Positions 60,201-64,000 of a DNA stretch of 64,000 nucleotides are shown here, piece after piece; position 1 is the stretch's first letter, and each line of letters begins with the position of its first letter. The DNA is taken from positions 217,618 through 281,617 of the forward strand of contig CAVUCU010000007.1 of the NCBI GenBank assembly GCA_963740085.1. Direction: 5' to 3'. Both the position numbers and the translations under genes were made by a program. Under the pieces are notes generated by a model, which searched no databases, was not told the DNA's origin, and saw only the letters and a program-made list of their open reading frames with translations. The DNA comes from Nitrospirota bacterium (GTDB taxonomy: Bacteria > Nitrospirota > UBA9217).

Positions 60201-61945
60201 TTCTTGCCCTTTTTCCCCGGCTTCACGTCCTTGAGCAGGTCATCGGGATCGCCGAACCCCGCTGCCTTGAACTTCTCTCGGAGCTTCTGGTTCTTGGGGT
60301 CGAGCTCCAGAGACTTGAACCATTGCAGTCTGGCCATGTCCTTGTTGGAGAGCTTCAGATAGATATCTCCGTAGTGCTCGCGCATCACGGGGTCCTCGCC
60401 CACCTTCGTGATCGCTTGTTTCATGACATCGAGTGCCTCGTTCAGCATGCCCTTCTGGTAATAGGCCCAGGCGAGACTGTCGAGGATGTAACCGCTCCCG
60501 GGTTTGACCACGAGTGCGCGTTTGATCAGCTGTATCGCCTCGTCCAGGTTCTCGCCCTTTTCGGCAAAGGAATAGCCCAGGTAGTTCAGGGCGTCCGCAT
60601 TGTCCGGTTTGAGCGCTATCGTCTTTCTGAGCGTAGCGATCATCTCGTCGCGCTTGCCCTGCTTTTCGTACGCAATGGCCAGACTGAACAGCAGGTCGTC
60701 CCGGTCAGGCGCCATCTGGAATCCCCTGTTCAGCGTATCGACTGCCTGCTGGTATTTTTCAAGGTCCATATACGCATTGGCCAGATACAGATACAGCTCG
60801 GGCTTCCCGGGCTGTTCGGCGAGCGCCTTCTCGAGGAGCGGCACAGCGTCCGCGGTCCTGCCCATCTGCGCATAGATGTAGGCGATCTGAAGGATCGTAT
60901 CGATGTCCTCGGGAGCGGCAGACCGGAGGGCCTGATAGGATGTGAGCGCTTCGTCATACCGCTTCGCGGCCACCAGGGTTGAGGCCAAGTAACGCTTGAC
61001 CCTCAGGTCCTTCGGGACTGCGCGCGAAACGATCTTGAATACCTCCACTGCCCTGTCGTATTTCTTCTGCTCGGCATAGATAAGACCCATCTTGACAAAG
61101 GCGTCATAATTCTTGGGGTCCTGGGCGGTCACCCGTTTCAAGTATTCCAATGCCTCAGGAAGCGAATTCTGCTGAATATAGAGCTGAGCGAGGTGCTCTT
61201 CGATCTCGAGGTTATGGGGACTGATCTCGATGGCTTTTTTATATGCCTCGATGGCGTCGCCGACATTGTCCATCTGCTCATAGACGAACGCCATGCCGAT
61301 GAGGGCGGGCTCGAAGTCGTCCCGGATGGAGATCGCGCGTTTATATTCAGCCAGTGCCTCTTCAAACCTCTGCTGTTCCGTGTAGATCCGGCCGAGATAG
61401 TAAGGCGACATGAGCAAATTGGGATTCATCTTCTCGAGGGCGCGAAATGTCTCCTCGGCCTCGTCGTACCGTTTCAGGGATGCGTACAACGAACCGAGGT
61501 ATACGTAGGGGTCCTCCTGCTTCGGATTGATCGATATCGCCTTGCGGTAGACGGACACCGCATCGTCGTATCTCTTTTTGCCCGTATAGATGCTGGCAAG
61601 GATCATGAGCGGCTGCGGGTCATCCGGCTGGAGCTCCGCCGCCTGCTTCGCAAAACGGGTCGCCTGATCGAGTTGTCCCTTGCGAAGAGAGAGCGTCGCG
61701 AGAGAGAGGGCGATTTCGGCCGCTTTCGGGTCCAGCCGGTACGCTTCCTCGTATTCCTTCATGGCGACGTCAAAATCCCCATCATCCTCAGACAGCCTGC
61801 CGATCATAAAATGGTAATAGGCATCGGCTTGTGTGCGAACGCCGGACCCGACCGTCGCGGTCGCGGTTTCAGGCATCCCGGCGTGATGCGGGGCGCAGGA
61901 AACAACAAAAAGGGAGAGCAACAGCAGTGAGATTATCTTTTTCAT
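60197..61945 (-). CDS. TPR-repeat lipoprotein
   Basis: Lipobox VVSC, many TPRs, and ALNYLGY, ILDSLAW and EHYGD motifs. Confidence 0.9.
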   Translation of the reverse strand: MKKIISLLLLSLFVVSCAPHHAGMPETATATVGSGVRTQADAYYHFMIGRLSEDDGDFDVAMKEYEEAYRLDPKAAEIALSLATLSLRKGQLDQATRFAKQAAELQPDDPQPLMILASIYTGKKRYDDAVSVYRKAISINPKQEDPYVYLGSLYASLKRYDEAEETFRALEKMNPNLLMSPYYLGRIYTEQQRFEEALAEYKRAISIRDDFEPALIGMAFVYEQMDNVGDAIEAYKKAIEISPHNLEIEEHLAQLYIQQNSLPEALEYLKRVTAQDPKNYDAFVKMGLIYAEQKKYDRAVEVFKIVSRAVPKDLRVKRYLASTLVAAKRYDEALTSYQALRSAAPEDIDTILQIAYIYAQMGRTADAVPLLEKALAEQPGKPELYLYLANAYMDLEKYQQAVDTLNRGFQMAPDRDDLLFSLAIAYEKQGKRDEMIATLRKTIALKPDNADALNYLGYSFAEKGENLDEAIQLIKRALVVKPGSGYILDSLAWAYYQKGMLNEALDVMKQAITKVGEDPVMREHYGDIYLKLSNKDMARLQWFKSLELDPKNQKLREKFKAAGFGDPDDLLKDVKPGKKGKK

Positions 61946-62153
61946 GATCAGTGATACATGCGAACGACTTGTGTGTGTCAAAGTAAACCCCGCGACAATG
62001 GTTAGTAGTATTTGGTTCATTCCTGAAAAAAGCGAAACTAAAAGGCGTCTCTCGCAGAGCACGCAGGGGACGCAGAGTTAAATCAAAACCTTTTTGTATT
62101 CGTTGTAAACCGGAACATTCTTTGCTTTTCTCTGCGAACTCTGCGGAAATCCC

Positions 62154-62178
62154 AAGTGGCCGCTTTTCTTTCATAGGC
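62154..62178 (+). repeat. Dispersed mini-element, copy 3 (25-nt identical core)
   Basis: AAGTGGCCGCTTTTCTTTCATAGGC inside the right arm of the 62051-62190 palindrome. Confidence 0.9.
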
Positions 62179-62213
62179 TACCGCGAGAAAATTTCCTGTT
62201 GTTTTAAAAAGCC

Positions 62214-62987
62214 CTATCCATCCCGCTTCATGAACTGCTTTACCTGCTCCAGGCTGGTCTCAAGACCATCTTTCTCGTGCACTTCAAGAGTAAGGACGGG
62301 CGCTGAGGCATTGACGTTCAAAAGACCGAAGAATTTTCCAAAATCGATATTTCCCCGTCCCAGGGCCCAGTGCGAGTCGGCGTTCCCATCGTTGTCGTGC
62401 AAATGGACCTCCACCAGGCGTCGTCCGAGAGATTCGAACCATTGCTCCATCGTCACGGTGGAAAAGAGATTGAAATGGCCTGTATCGAAGCAGAACCCGA
62501 AGTCGGGGCTGTCGATCTTCTCGATAAGCATCTGAAGCGCCTCGGGCTCTTCATCGAACACGTTCTCGACAGCGACGCGCAGTCCTATCTTGGTCGCGGC
62601 GTCCATGACCTTTTGCCAGGTCTCAATGCTGTTCTCGAGCCAGATGTCCTTCCTCCCGCTGTAACGCCATCGGTCGTAGGCGCCGTGGAACACGGCGGCG
62701 CGCGGCTTGAGGATGGCCGCCACGGCCAGGAACTGCCGGAAACGCACCTGTGTCACCGACCGCACCATGGGGTCCATGGCGCCGGGGTTCATGTCCATGA
62801 ACGGCGCGTGGAGCGTAAGCCTTGGATTCCAGTCAAGCCGTTCGAGCAGTTTTTCGAGGTCCTGCTTCTCGATCTGGTCGAGGACCGCGCCGGGAAAATA
62901 GATCTCGAGGTCATAGCGGCGCTTGCGCAGCATCTCGAGATAATCCTTCAGCAGCGAATAGGGCATCTGGACGTGTATGGGTTCCAT
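62214..62987 (-). CDS. Sugar-phosphate isomerase/epimerase (AP endonuclease 2 TIM barrel)
   Basis: LHAPF, VENVF, FDTGH, HLHDNDG and TLEVH metal-binding motifs. Confidence 0.88.
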   Translation of the reverse strand: MEPIHVQMPYSLLKDYLEMLRKRRYDLEIYFPGAVLDQIEKQDLEKLLERLDWNPRLTLHAPFMDMNPGAMDPMVRSVTQVRFRQFLAVAAILKPRAAVFHGAYDRWRYSGRKDIWLENSIETWQKVMDAATKIGLRVAVENVFDEEPEALQMLIEKIDSPDFGFCFDTGHFNLFSTVTMEQWFESLGRRLVEVHLHDNDGNADSHWALGRGNIDFGKFFGLLNVNASAPVLTLEVHEKDGLETSLEQVKQFMKRDG

Positions 62988-62993
62988 CAGGGA

Positions 62994-63281
62994 TCAGCCT
63001 TTGGACGGACAGGTACCAGGACAGGTGCCCGCGGCACAACCGGTTGCCGGCTTTGCCTCCTCTTTGGGTTTTTCCGAAGCGTTTCCTTCTTTTCGGTCGT
63101 TCGACGGGTAATCCGTCACATACCAGCCGCTTCCTTTAAGCACGAAGGCCGGCGTAGAAAGCACCTTGTGGATATTCTTGGCCTTGCACAGCGCACATAC
63201 GGTGAGATCTGGATCGCTGAATTTCCGGACAGCTTCAAAGCGGCCCCCGCAGCTTCCGCATTCATATTCATAAACAGGCAT
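62994..63281 (-). CDS. FmdB-family zinc-ribbon protein
   Basis: MPVYEYECGSCG...CALC...LKGSGWYVTDY; RBS GGAGG. Confidence 0.92.
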   Translation of the reverse strand: MPVYEYECGSCGGRFEAVRKFSDPDLTVCALCKAKNIHKVLSTPAFVLKGSGWYVTDYPSNDRKEGNASEKPKEEAKPATGCAAGTCPGTCPSKG

Positions 63282-63562
63282 ACTAACACCTCCACAACCA
63301 ACAAAGAATTCGAACATGCATTATAAACAATAGGGCACGTAAAAACAAGCGTTTTCGTGCAGGATGGGCGGAGCTAAAAAGGCGTCTCTCGCAGCGGAAA
63401 GAGAATAAAAATCTGTCTCTGCAGGGCTATTTCTCGCAGAGGTCGCAGAGTAACATTAAACCTTGTTATGAATTTGTGTTTGAACAAGACATTCTTGTGC
63501 CTTTCTCCGCGACCTTTGCGCCTCCGCGAGAAAAGCTTTCTTTGCTTTCCGGGACACCGATA

Positions 63563-64000
63563 TTACAGTTTCATCTCCGCCAGCGTGAGCACGAAGGACC
63601 CGACGCTGAGCTTGCTCTTCATGAGAACCGGGACCTTCCGGCTGTCGTCCGTGAGCCAGATGAACACCTCGCCCTTGTTCCGGAAGACGCCCTTATACTT
63701 GGGAAAGGTCCTGACCTTGATCGTCGAAAACTCGCCCAGGGCCGTTTTCAGCTTCTCTCTGCCAAGGACCTGGAATTCGACGGACCAGTTCTTTTCGCTG
63801 TCGAGCACATCGATGATGATGGTCTTGCCGGGCTCAAGGTCTTCCCTCGTCCGCAGATAGTAGAGCGACGACAAGGCGTCCTGCACCTGCTCCGGTACGT
63901 CCAGGGTTGCCGGGGGGTCGTTATTCAGCGTGCTGATCACGGTCTTTTGCGCATGATCGAAGACCACGACGCGCAACCTCTTCTTCTTGCCGTAGTGCTC
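63563..64000 (-). CDS. DUF3108-like protein, C-terminal part (starts beyond the window)
   Basis: QDALSSLYYLR, GREKLKT and IWLTDDSRKVPV motifs. Confidence 0.8.
   Translation of the reverse strand, partial: EHYGKKKRLRVVVFDHAQKTVISTLNNDPPATLDVPEQVQDALSSLYYLRTREDLEPGKTIIIDVLDSEKNWSVEFQVLGREKLKTALGEFSTIKVRTFPKYKGVFRNKGEVFIWLTDDSRKVPVLMKSKLSVGSFVLTLAEMKL

Noticed and set aside
18742-62178. The 28-nt repeat as an orphan CRISPR repeat
   Set aside because: Copies are isolated and kilobases apart, not a regularly spaced array.
62994-62996. TGA stop of the Cys-rich FmdB protein as Sec
   Set aside because: No SECIS-like hairpin follows, and the next gene starts 7 nt later.

Overview
GC-rich bacterial chromosome segment from a diderm anaerobe. 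Gene content and order suggest Nitrospirota or Desulfobacterota, but that is inference. Left to right: nifD (truncated by the window edge) and nifH under a sigma-54 promoter with an IHF site; an omptin-like outer-membrane barrel; a type II secretion operon (gspC-D-E-F-G-H-I-J-K-L-M-N); a large multiheme cytochrome c with an in-frame UGA and a SECIS-like hairpin; radA; folA; an HD-GYP/TPR pair; alkD; a frameshifted hybrid histidine kinase; an IS110 element; smpB next to a Phd/RelE toxin-antitoxin pair; a housekeeping block (priA, nrdR, deaminase, glyA, rpiB, CDF transporter, rsmE, pcnB); a TPM/LemA cluster interrupted by a palindrome-flanked DUF559 remnant; a thioredoxin reductase with an unannotated two-UGA glutaredoxin-like selenoprotein nearby; ECF sigma, anti-sigma and DUF4139 genes; corA; a 2-oxoacid:ferredoxin oxidoreductase; a radical SAM/SPASM gene followed by an unannotated 20-aa Cys-rich peptide (candidate RiPP system); and the ispE-spoVG-tRNA-Gln-prs-rplY-pth-ychF block. 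The best leads are missed or split by the ORF track: two probable selenoproteins (15086-17018 and 44159-44377) and the rSAM plus peptide system (52169-53895). Several families of short dispersed repeats occur, including a 28-nt mini-element nested inside larger palindromic repeats. Several genes carry single-base indels that may be assembly errors. All calls come from reading the sequence and recalling motifs; no searches were run.
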